32,409 nucleotides of DNA, taken from Chloroflexota bacterium. GTDB taxonomy: Bacteria > Chloroflexota > Anaerolineae > Anaerolineales > UBA11579. Position numbers and translations under genes: made by a program. How positions within the stretch are numbered: the first letter of the stretch is position 1; every line of letters begins with the position of its first letter. This document shows positions 1-8,696 of this stretch, piece after piece. The notes beneath the pieces are model-generated. The model ran no database searches, was not told where the DNA came from, and worked only from the letters and a program-made list of their open reading frames with translations. The stretch is from assembly GCA_003250455.1 (NCBI GenBank), contig QKGK01000033.1, positions 1-32,409 of the forward strand, given 5' to 3'.

Positions 1-430
1 CTATGGTAAACGGGATGGTGATGCCCAAATCGGCCAACATACCGCCGATCAGCCCGCGCCTTCCAAATGCAGAAAGCAGCGCCAACCCGGCAACCACCGG
101 GGGCATCACGATGGGCAGTTCCACCAGGACCATCAGCAGGCGCTTGAACGGAAAATGGTGACGGGCCATAAAATAGGCCAGCGGAGTACCCAACAGAGCG
201 ATGAGCACCACGGATACCGCAGTCGTCCCCAGGCTGATGGACACCGCCGAAAACAGGGAAAGATCACCTGCTGTCAGCGTTCCTTCCAGGGTGAACGCGC
301 GCCAGATCAGGGCGATGAAGGGAATCACAAAAAACAGTCCCATCACCACAGCCGGTATTACGGCGATAGCCCCCAAGAAACGCCCCTGTTCCGGCTTCTT
401 TATATCAGTTGGTTTGCTAGAGTCACACAC
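1..430 (-). CDS. modB: Molybdate ABC transporter permease ModB, truncated by the window edge (about 143 N-terminal aa present)
   Basis: Absent from the ORF track because it runs off the window. My minus-strand translation from GTG at 430 reads VCDSSKPTDIKKPEQGRFLGAIAVIPAVVMGLFFVIPFIALIWRAF...LVELPIVMPPVVAGLALLSAFGRRGLIG, typical of ModB/CysTW-type permeases. It starts 20 nt downstream of modA on the same strand. The plus-strand ORFs 155-454 and 201-473 are shadows. Confidence 0.8.
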   Translation of the reverse strand, partial: MCDSSKPTDIKKPEQGRFLGAIAVIPAVVMGLFFVIPFIALIWRAFTLEGTLTAGDLSLFSAVSISLGTTAVSVVLIALLGTPLAYFMARHHFPFKRLLMVLVELPIVMPPVVAGLALLSAFGRRGLIGGMLADLGITIPFTI

Positions 431-450
431 AATATTTTTGAGTCCAGGGT

Positions 451-1236
451 CTAATCATTGGGAGGGGCGTTAAAACCCCACGCCGAGAGGATTTCCTGTC
501 CTTCAGCACTGAGCACAAAATCGATGAAGCTATGCGCCAGCGCTGGGTCTGCGGCATCCACCAGTGGGGCAATTGGATAGGCAGCTACTACATTTTGCTC
601 TTCAGGGATAAGGATCTGCTGCACCAATCCCGCAATATCCGGCGTTACATCCGAAGTATACACCACACCGGCATCTGCTTCACCCAGGGCGATCTTGGCA
701 GAAACCTGGCGCACGTTGTCTTCCTCCGAAACCAGATTGGCATAGAACCGCTTCTGAATTTCCAGGGGCAGCCCGGCAACGATCTGGTCGGTATATGCCC
801 GCACCGGCACGCCTCCCACCGCCAGCACCAGGGCAACGCCATCGTTTGCCAGGTCTTCCAGGGTTGCGATGTGCGCCGGGTTATCTGCAGGCGTGATGAT
901 CACCAGACGATTCGAGACAAACAAAACTACCTCGTCGGCATCAATCCGTCCGCTGTCGATCACTACCTGCATCTGGATCGGGTTCGCCGAAGCGTATACA
1001 TCGGCGGTGATCCCCTCCTTCAGTTGAGCGGCCAGCTGGGAGGAACTGGCAAAATTCATCACCACGTCCACGCCATCATTCTGCGCTTCAAACGCTATTT
1101 CAAGATTGCTGAATGCGTCGGTGAGGGACGAAGCGGCAAAGACGACCAGTTTTTCCGAACCGGGATCAGAAGTGGTGATGCTACATCCGGCCAGCAGAAC
1201 AACCAGCAAGGTAACAAAATAGAGCTTGAGTTTCAA
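451..1236 (-). CDS. modA: Molybdate ABC transporter substrate-binding lipoprotein ModA
   Basis: The translation is ModA-like (AASSLTDAF...VVMNFASSSQLAAQL...YTSDV). The ORF track begins at a TTG at 1278. An internal TTG at 1236 is preceded by AGGAG 9 nt upstream (intervening tcgaactgca) and gives a textbook lipoprotein signal, MKLKLYFVTLLVVLLAGCS, so I prefer 1236. Confidence 0.9.
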   Translation of the reverse strand: MKLKLYFVTLLVVLLAGCSITTSDPGSEKLVVFAASSLTDAFSNLEIAFEAQNDGVDVVMNFASSSQLAAQLKEGITADVYASANPIQMQVVIDSGRIDADEVVLFVSNRLVIITPADNPAHIATLEDLANDGVALVLAVGGVPVRAYTDQIVAGLPLEIQKRFYANLVSEEDNVRQVSAKIALGEADAGVVYTSDVTPDIAGLVQQILIPEEQNVVAAYPIAPLVDAADPALAHSFIDFVLSAEGQEILSAWGFNAPPND

Positions 1237-1310
1237 TGCAGTTCGACTCCTTGGAAGTGAGACTGACAGGTACTCCAAACACCTGATGGTTTCCCCATTC
1301 TACCCTTTAA

Positions 1311-1799
1311 TCAGCTGTTCCCGGAATCCCGGAGGGACTCAACGACTGAGTCTGCCCATTTCCGCACATTTGCTACATAATGCTGCTTTCCCCCACGGAC
1401 AATATCCCGCGCTGTGATTGTCCAGGTGACCGGATGGAGATACCTTCCACGGGAAGAAGCATCTCCTTTGATGTTCCAATCCCGGCTGCCGGAATCCAGC
1501 TTTTGCCGATCCCGCTTGCGGATCTCGTCCGTGGAGACCCCCATTTCCACAAAATCCACCAGCAGTTTTTTGGCGCCCGCCAGTCCCTCCTCTGAATACA
1601 GGTTTGGGTGCTGCAGATGGAAGCACAACACCGTCAGGTGATGCACCTGCCAAAACTCCGGGTTCTCCCCTTCCCAGAACAGCAGCTGATGAAAATCGTC
1701 CTGGCAGGTTCGTCCATCTGCCAAGGCTACACCGCATTGATCACAGGTGATTAGAAGTCCCATGATAGAAAGTGTATCAGAGAATAGCCCGCTCACCAT
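1311..1799 (-). CDS. Cys-containing hypothetical protein (CxxC-x9-C N-terminus, HHLTV..HLQHP motif); resembles what I recall as the DUF5946 type
   Basis: Track ORF 1311-1859. The longest start overlaps the upstream gene by 52 nt. ATG at 1799 lies 8 nt after the upstream stop, and ATG at 1763 is also possible. The motifs ITCDQCG...C and HHLTVLCFHLQHPNLY are read from the translation. The family name is from memory and unverified. Confidence 0.6.
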   Translation of the reverse strand: MVSGLFSDTLSIMGLLITCDQCGVALADGRTCQDDFHQLLFWEGENPEFWQVHHLTVLCFHLQHPNLYSEEGLAGAKKLLVDFVEMGVSTDEIRKRDRQKLDSGSRDWNIKGDASSRGRYLHPVTWTITARDIVRGGKQHYVANVRKWADSVVESLRDSGNS

Positions 1800-1807
1800 G
1801 AAGCCAG

Positions 1808-2059
1808 TTAACGCGTTGGTTGGAGTAGCCGCTTCAACTGCGACTGGATCCACGGCCAATGGAAGAACAGATGAATTCCCACTACCAGGGCCATTAGAAT
1901 GCCTGAGATCCCGTGGAGGGCATGGAACATGAACCGCAGATGGGATAACCGGCCGGGAATGAGGTTCTCGAACAACTTGGAGAGGGTCACAGACAACAGT
2001 AGAACGAATAAGATCAGGTCGAGGGCCAAATGTGTACGAGGTTTAAGTCCTTTGCTCAT
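1808..2059 (-). CDS. Small His-rich integral membrane protein (DUF4405-like, possible heme-binding)
   Basis: The 83-aa ORF has two or three hydrophobic helices and the motif HALHGISGILMALVVGIHLFFHWPW. GAGGAA lies 5 nt upstream of the ATG, which is 15 nt after the TetR stop, so it is probably co-transcribed. Confidence 0.6.
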   Translation of the reverse strand: MSKGLKPRTHLALDLILFVLLLSVTLSKLFENLIPGRLSHLRFMFHALHGISGILMALVVGIHLFFHWPWIQSQLKRLLQPTR

Positions 2060-2074
2060 GTTATTTCCTCAAAA

Positions 2075-2692
2075 TTATTGATTTGATAATCGAGGGACGG
2101 ATGATGTACTGCTTTTCATGATGCCATGCAGCAGTGTATCTGCCACCACGTGATATAGCTCTACATTCGTCAATCCAAACGAATTGAAGTCAGCATTTTC
2201 GAAGATGTTGACCACCGCCTCCCAAAAGATCGCCCGCACCACCTTCAAATTCAGATTTGGGCGCAATCTCTCCTGGTGTTGAGCAATGGATATCAAATGG
2301 TCAAAGATGCCGTTCATAGAAGCAATCCGCACCTCTTGGAATTCACGGTAAATTTGGGGGTACAGTTGCTTCAATTCATTCACGTGCGTTAGAATATCGC
2401 CGGTAGGCAGGGTGCTCATTTCTTCCTCGATCCGGGCAATAAAAGCATCAATATCCGCGTCCGGATTCCGTTCCAAATACATCGCCCCTTGTTGAAAAAC
2501 CAATTCTCCCCGGAGGACAGCTTCCCGGACCAGATCCCGTTTACCGGCAAAATAGCGGTAAACGGTCATCCGGGTCACCCCGGCATGAGCGGCCACTTCT
2601 GCCATACTGGTCTTTTTAATTCCCTGCGAATAGAATAATTCCAACGCAGCCAAGACGATCTTTTCTTTCGAGTCAATGAGAATTTCATTCAT
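2075..2692 (-). CDS. TetR/AcrR family transcriptional regulator
   Basis: The N-terminal HTH is typical of TetR (ALELFYSQGIKKTSMAEVAAHAGVTRMTVYRYFAGKRDL). Length is 205 aa. Confidence 0.9.
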   Translation of the reverse strand: MNEILIDSKEKIVLAALELFYSQGIKKTSMAEVAAHAGVTRMTVYRYFAGKRDLVREAVLRGELVFQQGAMYLERNPDADIDAFIARIEEEMSTLPTGDILTHVNELKQLYPQIYREFQEVRIASMNGIFDHLISIAQHQERLRPNLNLKVVRAIFWEAVVNIFENADFNSFGLTNVELYHVVADTLLHGIMKSSTSSVPRLSNQ

Positions 2693-2720
2693 GTTACAAT
2701 TATTACATTAATTGTAACAT
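2691..2720. promoter_or_regulatory. Perfect 12-bp inverted repeat (atgttacaatta-N6-taattgtaacat), candidate TetR operator
   Basis: Arms 2691-2702 and 2709-2720 are exact reverse complements. The palindrome overlaps the TetR start codon and the predicted -10. A third half-site-like ttgtaaaca follows at 2721-2729. Confidence 0.55.
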
Positions 2721-2727
2721 TTGTAAA
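2700..2727 (-). promoter_or_regulatory. Candidate promoter of the TetR operon (TTTACA-16-TAATAA), leaderless geometry
   Basis: On the minus strand, TTTACA is at 2727-2722 and TAATAA at 2705-2700. Only 7 nt separate the -10 from the ATG at 2692, and there is no SD. Confidence 0.4.
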
Positions 2728-2728
2728 C

Positions 2729-2763
2729 ACCAAAAATGACGTTAGCCGCAGCCAACGTCATTT
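2729..2763 (-). terminator. Rho-independent terminator of the dienelactone hydrolase gene
   Basis: Minus-strand RNA forms AUGACGUU-loop(10)-AACGUCAU followed by UUUUUGG. It lies 23 nt after the stop at 2786. Confidence 0.6.
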
Positions 2764-2785
2764 AAATATCTCGATAAGGGAAAAC

Positions 2786-3427
2786 CTATGCCGACTTCAG
2801 GAACACCACCATCCGCTCAAAAGCCAGGGCAGCCTCTTCGGGCTTGAAATAACCTTCCTGGTCGGGTTCAAAGAACCAGTGGTTGGTGTTGGGATAGTAG
2901 TACACCTCGGCGTCTCCCATATCCATCTCGCGCACATACTCGATCGGGTCGATGAAGTCGTCCTCGCCAAAGTGACACTGGAATTTGGCATGCACCCCGG
3001 TGAGGTCCGCAGGCCCGCCGTAGACAAGCACGATCCTGTCGAAAGCCTCCGGGAAATCAGCATCCAGCTCGTAAGCGAAGGATGCCCCCATGGAAAACGC
3101 CACCGCACTTAACTTTTGTCCATCCACCGCCGGATGATTGTGCAGGAAGTGCATTCCGGCTTTGGCAGTTTCCATCGCGGGAGCAACCGGCCGGGACATG
3201 ACGTAATCTTCCGCCTCCTGGATGGTGGTGAGGGTCGTGCCGTGGTGCAGGTCCGGGGCAAAGACCACAAAGCCCTCGTCTGCCAGCCGGTCGCAAACCT
3301 CTTTGAAAACGTCCGTCAGCCCCCACCAGGCATGCAGAAAGAGCAGCCCCTTCCCGCGCCCGCTTTCCGGCAGCGCCAAATACCCCACCCGCGGTACATC
3401 TCCAGCTATAAACGTTTCCATCGCCAT
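2786..3427 (-). CDS. Dienelactone hydrolase family alpha/beta hydrolase
   Basis: The 213-aa translation is DLH-like (GLLFLHAWWGL, nucleophile elbow AFSMGAS, C-terminal NHWF). AGGAGG lies upstream of the ATG. Confidence 0.88.
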   Translation of the reverse strand: MAMETFIAGDVPRVGYLALPESGRGKGLLFLHAWWGLTDVFKEVCDRLADEGFVVFAPDLHHGTTLTTIQEAEDYVMSRPVAPAMETAKAGMHFLHNHPAVDGQKLSAVAFSMGASFAYELDADFPEAFDRIVLVYGGPADLTGVHAKFQCHFGEDDFIDPIEYVREMDMGDAEVYYYPNTNHWFFEPDQEGYFKPEEAALAFERMVVFLKSA

Positions 3428-3456
3428 TTCAGCCTCCTGAATATTTGGATGATTAA

Positions 3457-3465
3457 ATTATAGCA
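3457..3465 (-). promoter_or_regulatory. Extended -10 element (TGcTATAAT) upstream of the hydrolase gene
   Basis: The minus strand reads ttaTGcTATAATtt about 30 nt upstream of the ATG at 3427. No good -35 is present. Confidence 0.35.
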
Positions 3466-3611
3466 TAAATGTTCTAAATTTCATCAGATTTGGATTATAT
3501 CTCACTTTTCAAAACTCTAATTCACAAAACTCACAGATATTTGGTTATACATACTGTATACTAAGCAAGGATCTTAATCCATATAACTTAACCTAGAATG
3601 AGGATACAGTC

Positions 3612-4313
3612 ATGGGAAAAATTGGTTACGGGTATGGAAGTGAATGGCATTTGCTTCGTTATTTGGGTTATCACCGAGAATACTTGAACCGTCTCATTTT
3701 AGAGAAGACCGGTGGTACATCTATCCAATGGTTGGACTTCAAATTTTCTAACAATAATTCCCCATTACTTCACGACAAGGAATTAAAGGGTCTAGAATTT
3801 ATTCTAGATAAACAAGTCCAGGAAATATGGAAATCGTTTTGGCCACAAACCGGAAATCCTCAAAATTGGGATGCTGTTGGAAAACTCAATAAAAACGGAC
3901 GGGAAGAATGGCTCTTAGTAGAAGCAAAAGGCCATCTTGAGGAGATCAACAGTGATTGCGGAGCAAAAAACTCAGACAGTATACAACAAATAACCTCTGC
4001 ATTGCTTGAAACAAGTGCAGCCTTTGGCAACAACGAGCAACCTATTGAAAACTGGCTCAAGAATTATTATCAATATGCCAATAGATTAGCTGTATTAAAC
4101 TTTTTAACGAATAAACTTTCCCCTCTCATTCCTGCAAATTTGCTATTTATATATTTTGTTGGTGATAATCAAGTGAACTTCAAGTGCCCTCAAAACAAAG
4201 AGGAATGGATACCCGCCCTTGATGAAATGGAAGCATGGCTGGGGATTAAGAAAAACGCTGAATTAAATAAACGGGTTTACAAGCTCTTTTTACCTGTAAA
4301 TCCGAATATGTAA
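3612..4313 (+). CDS. Orphan hypothetical protein with a PD-(D/E)xK-like signature (E11 ... D87 ... E104-A-K106) in an AT-rich islet
   Basis: The 233-aa ORF has GAGGA 7 nt upstream of the ATG. The translation contains GSEWHLLRYLGYHR ... NWDAVGKLNKNGREEWLLVEAKGH, a D-x16-ExK pattern. Composition is clearly lower in G+C than the neighbours. I recognise no family. Confidence 0.72.
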   Translation: MGKIGYGYGSEWHLLRYLGYHREYLNRLILEKTGGTSIQWLDFKFSNNNSPLLHDKELKGLEFILDKQVQEIWKSFWPQTGNPQNWDAVGKLNKNGREEWLLVEAKGHLEEINSDCGAKNSDSIQQITSALLETSAAFGNNEQPIENWLKNYYQYANRLAVLNFLTNKLSPLIPANLLFIYFVGDNQVNFKCPQNKEEWIPALDEMEAWLGIKKNAELNKRVYKLFLPVNPNM

Positions 4314-4352
4314 GCTTAAAATTTTCTAACTGCAATCTTCTGCAGGTGAATT

Positions 4353-4367
4353 CTGGCGGAGAGGGTG
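4353..4367. repeat. 15-nt direct duplicate of the tRNA-Ser 3' end (ctggcggagagggtg), att-like scar
   Basis: The sequence is identical to 4431-4445, which covers the CCA end and 3' acceptor stem of the tRNA. The copies are 78 nt apart in the same orientation. Confidence 0.7.
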
Positions 4368-4430
4368 ACCCCGGACCGTCGCCATATTTTTTTTACTCTA
4401 TTCCCGAAGACATCTGCATTTACAAATATA

Positions 4431-4521
<91 letters not shown>

Positions 4522-4560
4522 GAAATCAACTTGATTGTCATCCCCCACACAGCGAAAGCT

Positions 4561-4588
4561 ATTATACCCGCTTTACACCTTGGTGCAA
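4561..4588 (-). promoter_or_regulatory. Candidate tRNA-Ser promoter (TTGCAC-16-TATAAT)
   Basis: On the minus strand, TTGCAC is at 4588-4583 and TATAAT at 4566-4561, about 40 nt upstream of the mature tRNA 5' end. The -35 sits 5 nt downstream of the lon stop codon. Confidence 0.4.
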
Positions 4589-4593
4589 GGCGA

Positions 4594-7146
4594 TCAGGCT
4601 CCCGGTTGAATGGCTGCCGGCGTATCATCCTGTTTGGCTGCCGGTGGAACGGCAGTCTTGGGCTGTGCTTCCTCAACAGCTTCTTCTTCCGGCTGTTTGG
4701 CTTTCTTTTGTTTCTTGACTTTCTTCTCACGCGGCAGCAGCGCTTCAGCCAGTACTTCGTCCATGTGCTTGACAAATACAATATTCAGGTCAGAGAGCAC
4801 TTTCTTGGGCACATCCACCAGGTCTTTCTCATTTTTCACCGGCAGCAGCACAGTCTTCAGGCCATTACGGTGTGCCGCCAGCACCTTGTTGCGCACCCCG
4901 CCGATCGGCAGCACCCGGCCTCGCAGGGTCACTTCCCCGGTCATGCACACTTCTTTGCGCACTTTGCGCCTGGTGAAAGCCGAGATCATCGCCGTCGCCA
5001 GGGTGATCCCCGCGCTGGGGCCATCCTTGGGGATGCCGCCTTCAGGCACATGGATATGCACATCGATATTCTCAAAGGCTTCCGCAGGGATCTCGAAGGT
5101 CTTCGCCCGCGACTTGAGGTAGGTCATTGCGGCCTGGGCGGATTCCTGCATCACCTCGCCGATCTGCCCGGTGATCTGCAAAGACCCTTTTCCTTCGGTC
5201 AGGGCAACCTCTACCGGCATGATCTCACCGCCAGCCATCGTCCAGGCAATGCTGGTCGCCACGCCGATCTCGTCTTCGGTTTCAGCGTCCAGGGGAGAAT
5301 AATCCGGCGGGCCGAGATATTTCTCAATGGAACTATCTCCTATCCGGGTGGGGTAATTCTTCTTTTCAGCTTTCATCCGGGCCACCTTGCGGCACACCCG
5401 GCCAATCTCACGTTCCAGGTTACGCACGCCGGCTTCGTAGGTATATTCCTTGATGATCTTGCGGATAGCGTTCTCGGTGAAGGTCAGCTCCCCTTCCTCC
5501 AGCCCGGCTTCATCCAGCTGGCGTTTGATCAGGAACTTCTTGGCGATCTCCACCTTCTCTTCCTCGATGTACCCGGGGAAATCGATCACCTCCATGCGGT
5601 CCAGCAGCGCCCAGGGAATATCTCCGCGGTGGTTGGCCGTAGTGATGAAAAACACCTGCGAAAGATCGTAGGGGATCTCCAGGTAGTGGTCGGAGAAGGC
5701 GTAATTCTGCTCCGGATCCAGCACTTCCAGCAAAGCGGCCGCGGGGTCGCCCCGGTAACCGGTATCCAGCTTGTCGACTTCATCCAGTACAAACAGGGGG
5801 TTAATTGTCTCCGCCCGCTTCATCGTCTGAATGATGCGTCCCGGCAGCGCGCCGATATACGTGCGGCGGTGGCCGCGCATTTCAGCCTCATCGCGCACCC
5901 CGCCCAGCGAGACGCGCACAAACTTGCGTTCCAATGCCTCGGCTATCGACTTCCCCAAAGTGGTTTTACCGGTGCCCGGAGGTCCGACAAAGCATAAAAT
6001 CGGCTGCCGCACTCGTTCGGGTTTCAGGCTGCGGACAGCAATCGCTTCCAAAATGCGGTCTTTAGCTTTTTCCAGACCGTAGTGATTCTGCTCGAGGACC
6101 TCGGCCACATTCTGCACATCCAGGTTGTCATCCGTGGTCTCAAACCAGGGTAAATCCAGCAGCCAATCGATGTAGGTGCGGATCACCCCCACCTCCGGCG
6201 ACATCGGCGGCATCTGGTAAAGGCGCTCAAATTCCTTCACGGCGGCTTTTTCCGCCTCTTCAGGCATGTTCCGCTCTTTGATGCGGGTTTGCAGCTCCTG
6301 GAGTTCTTTGCTCCACGGGTCCTGCTCGCCCAGCTCACGCTGGATCACGCGCATCTGCTCCCGCAGATAATTTTCCCGCTGGCCGCGATCGACTTCATCC
6401 TGCACTTTGGCGTGCAGCTCTTCTTCCAGTTCCAGCACACCCAGCTCGCGCACCAGATAATCCTGCACCTTTCCCAGGCGGGATTCTGTGCTGAGGGTTT
6501 GCAGCAAAGCATGGCGGTCCTCAAGATGAAGCGAGAAAGAGTTGGCCAGCATATCGGCCAGCCAGCCGGGTTCTTCGATCTCCTGCAGGTAGTTCATCGC
6601 TTCCGGAGGGATCGTCCCGGTAATGTCGGCATAGCGGATGAACAAGCGCATCAGATTGCGCATCAGGGCAGTTTCTTCCGAGGTGGGCCGCTCACTTTCT
6701 TCAATCACCCGGGCCTTGGCATACAGCACGCCATCCTCCCGCACCATTTCGATCAGCTCCACGCGGGAGCGTCCCTGCACCATCACCAGGTTATCGCTGT
6801 GCTCGGTGGAAAACAGGTCGCTGACCGCCACTGCGACGCCAATCGGCAAAAAGTCTTTCTTCTGCACGGAATGTTTGCGCGGATTGCGCTGCGGCGCGGC
6901 GACCATGATCCGGTGCTGCTGGTTGGCTGCTTCGATTGCAGAGATCGTCATTGCGCGCCCTACCGGCAGTGGAATGACCATGTGCGGGAATACGATCACT
7001 TCCCGCAAGGGAAGCACCGGGCAATAGATAATCCCTTCCTGGTCGGGGCGGATATCGGCAATACTCTCAAGGATCTCGGCCTGTTGATGAAGTTCATCCG
7101 CATCCAAAGTGCCTTCTACCTGAGAATACCAATCTTGATCATTCAT
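4594..7146 (-). CDS. lon: ATP-dependent Lon protease (endopeptidase La)
   Basis: The 850-aa translation has Walker A GPPGTGKTT, the LonA N-domain and the protease motif PKDGPSAGIT. A Lys/Glu/Pro-rich C-terminal tail of about 45 aa is present. Confidence 0.97.
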   Translation of the reverse strand: MNDQDWYSQVEGTLDADELHQQAEILESIADIRPDQEGIIYCPVLPLREVIVFPHMVIPLPVGRAMTISAIEAANQQHRIMVAAPQRNPRKHSVQKKDFLPIGVAVAVSDLFSTEHSDNLVMVQGRSRVELIEMVREDGVLYAKARVIEESERPTSEETALMRNLMRLFIRYADITGTIPPEAMNYLQEIEEPGWLADMLANSFSLHLEDRHALLQTLSTESRLGKVQDYLVRELGVLELEEELHAKVQDEVDRGQRENYLREQMRVIQRELGEQDPWSKELQELQTRIKERNMPEEAEKAAVKEFERLYQMPPMSPEVGVIRTYIDWLLDLPWFETTDDNLDVQNVAEVLEQNHYGLEKAKDRILEAIAVRSLKPERVRQPILCFVGPPGTGKTTLGKSIAEALERKFVRVSLGGVRDEAEMRGHRRTYIGALPGRIIQTMKRAETINPLFVLDEVDKLDTGYRGDPAAALLEVLDPEQNYAFSDHYLEIPYDLSQVFFITTANHRGDIPWALLDRMEVIDFPGYIEEEKVEIAKKFLIKRQLDEAGLEEGELTFTENAIRKIIKEYTYEAGVRNLEREIGRVCRKVARMKAEKKNYPTRIGDSSIEKYLGPPDYSPLDAETEDEIGVATSIAWTMAGGEIMPVEVALTEGKGSLQITGQIGEVMQESAQAAMTYLKSRAKTFEIPAEAFENIDVHIHVPEGGIPKDGPSAGITLATAMISAFTRRKVRKEVCMTGEVTLRGRVLPIGGVRNKVLAAHRNGLKTVLLPVKNEKDLVDVPKKVLSDLNIVFVKHMDEVLAEALLPREKKVKKQKKAKQPEEEAVEEAQPKTAVPPAAKQDDTPAAIQPGA

Positions 7147-7195
7147 ATTTTGACCCTTAGAAAAAAGTATACTGGGTATTATACCTATGTTTGGC

Positions 7196-8512
7196 TTATT
7201 TTTGTGCCCACATAGCGCGGAAAGTCCCCACCAGGTACAGGCTCCCCGTCACCAGGATTACCGGTTCCGCTCCAACCATTTGATCCAGCAAACCGCGCAG
7301 GTCTTCGATATCCGGCACCTGGGTTACCAAATGGTTTGATTCACCCATCAGTTCCGCCAGCTTTTCCGGCGTTGCGGCCCGCGGATGGTTGGCCTGCACC
7401 AGATAAACATCACTGACCACGGGCAGCAGTTCGGCAAACATACCGGCAATATCTTTATCTTCTGAAGCGCCAAATACCAGGACTACCCTCCGCCCCGGAA
7501 AAACATCCCACACGGTCTCTGCCAGCATTTTGGCCGAATAGCGGTTGTGAGCGCCATCCATCACCACCGTGGGCGGACCCGAGAAGATCTCAAAGCGTCC
7601 CGGCCAGCGTACGCTGGCAAACCCAGTCCGGATGGCCTCCTCGTCCACAGGCAGTCCGGCCCGATTTGCCACCTGCAGAACGCCGTATGCCGTAGCAGCA
7701 TTCTCCACCTGGTGGCGTCCCAACAGACGGGTGGAAAGCGCCACCGGCCCACTGCCCTCCTCGGTCAGCCGAAAGTCCTGCCCTTCCAGGGTATGGCTCA
7801 GCGGCTCAAAGAGGATGTCATCCCCGATGAGCATAAATGGGGAATCCTGCGCCTGGGCGATCTGGCGCAGTTTCGCCAACGCCTCCGGCTGCTGGGGTGC
7901 AGATACCACCGACACACCAGGTTTGATGATCCCGCCTTTTTCTCCGGCTATTTCTGCCAGCGTATTCCCCAGGATGGCGGTATGGTCATACGAAATGTTG
8001 GTGATCACAGACACCAGCGGCGTGAGGATATTGGTGGAATCCAGCCGCCCGCCCATACCCACTTCGATCACGGCACAGTCCACCTGCTGGCTGGAGAAAT
8101 ACAAAAATGCCAGCGCTGTTTGCAGCTCATACGAAGTCAATCCAGGCAAACCGTCCACCTGGTTTTGCAGGCGCTGTGCTTCGGCTACAAAATCCGATTC
8201 GCTGATCCACGCGCCGCTGACCTGGATGCGTTCGCGGAAATCTTCCAGATGCGGGGAGGTATACAAACCGGTTTTATACCCGGCAGCCTGGAGCGCTGAG
8301 GCGGTATGTGCGGCCACCGAGCCCTTCCCTTTCGTGCCGGCGATATGGATGGTGGGAAAATCCTGCTGGGGATCGCCAAAGCGTGCCATCAGCGCGAACA
8401 TGCGCTCCAGTTCAAAGCGCTCTGGGGCAATTTGCTCCATGTGCGTCAGGCTGAAGTCCTGAAACGTGAATAAAAAATCAAGCGCGTCCGGATAGGTCTT
8501 TATCTCGTTCAT
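7196..8512 (-). CDS. folC: Bifunctional folylpolyglutamate synthase / dihydrofolate synthase
   Basis: The 438-aa translation has the Mur-ligase P-loop HIAGTKGKGS and FolC-like motifs (SPHL, DGAHN). Confidence 0.92.
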   Translation of the reverse strand: MNEIKTYPDALDFLFTFQDFSLTHMEQIAPERFELERMFALMARFGDPQQDFPTIHIAGTKGKGSVAAHTASALQAAGYKTGLYTSPHLEDFRERIQVSGAWISESDFVAEAQRLQNQVDGLPGLTSYELQTALAFLYFSSQQVDCAVIEVGMGGRLDSTNILTPLVSVITNISYDHTAILGNTLAEIAGEKGGIIKPGVSVVSAPQQPEALAKLRQIAQAQDSPFMLIGDDILFEPLSHTLEGQDFRLTEEGSGPVALSTRLLGRHQVENAATAYGVLQVANRAGLPVDEEAIRTGFASVRWPGRFEIFSGPPTVVMDGAHNRYSAKMLAETVWDVFPGRRVVLVFGASEDKDIAGMFAELLPVVSDVYLVQANHPRAATPEKLAELMGESNHLVTQVPDIEDLRGLLDQMVGAEPVILVTGSLYLVGTFRAMWAQK

Positions 8513-8519
8513 AGCGCTG

Positions 8520-8548
8520 ATTGTAACCTTGAGCTTTTATCTCAACAA
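8520..8548 (-). promoter_or_regulatory. Candidate folC promoter (TTGTTG-17-TACAAT), leaderless geometry
   Basis: On the minus strand, the -10 TACAAT at 8525-8520 ends 7 nt before the ATG at 8512. No SD is present. Confidence 0.4.
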
Positions 8549-8629
8549 GGAAGATGGGTTATAATGTCCAGGTTCGTTAGAATTTTGTCAATTCCTCTTG
8601 CAATACGGGCTTTTCTTCATTATATGGAC

Positions 8630-8659
8630 TTGACAAACAAATGGGCGGCTTGATATAAT
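8630..8659 (+). promoter_or_regulatory. Near-consensus sigma70-type promoter for rpoC (TTGACA-18-TGaTATAAT)
   Basis: TTGACA is at 8630-8635, and the extended -10 TGaTATAAT ends at 8659. This implies a 5' leader of about 235 nt before the ATG at 8900. Confidence 0.6.
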
Positions 8660-8696
8660 TCTCAATCTGGGCAAACTAAAAACGGACCCTAAAGAC

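Noticed and set aside
155-473. Plus-strand ORFs 155-454 and 201-473 at the left edge
   Set aside because: The minus strand here translates into a textbook ModB permease N-terminus contiguous with modA. The plus-strand ORFs are shadows.
1800-1859. Longest-ORF start (ATG at 1859) for the Cys/His hypothetical protein
   Set aside because: It would overlap the upstream membrane-protein gene by 52 nt and add a non-conserved-looking Ala/Val/Thr-rich extension. ATG at 1799, 8 nt after the upstream stop, or ATG at 1763 is more plausible. The start remains uncertain.
4531-7215. Plus-strand ORFs 4531-5997 (488 aa) and 6289-7215 (308 aa) opposite lon
   Set aside because: They are antisense shadows of lon. 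The first would also run across the lon 3' end and the tRNA promoter. Their translations are rich in H/R/L/G/F and carry no motifs.
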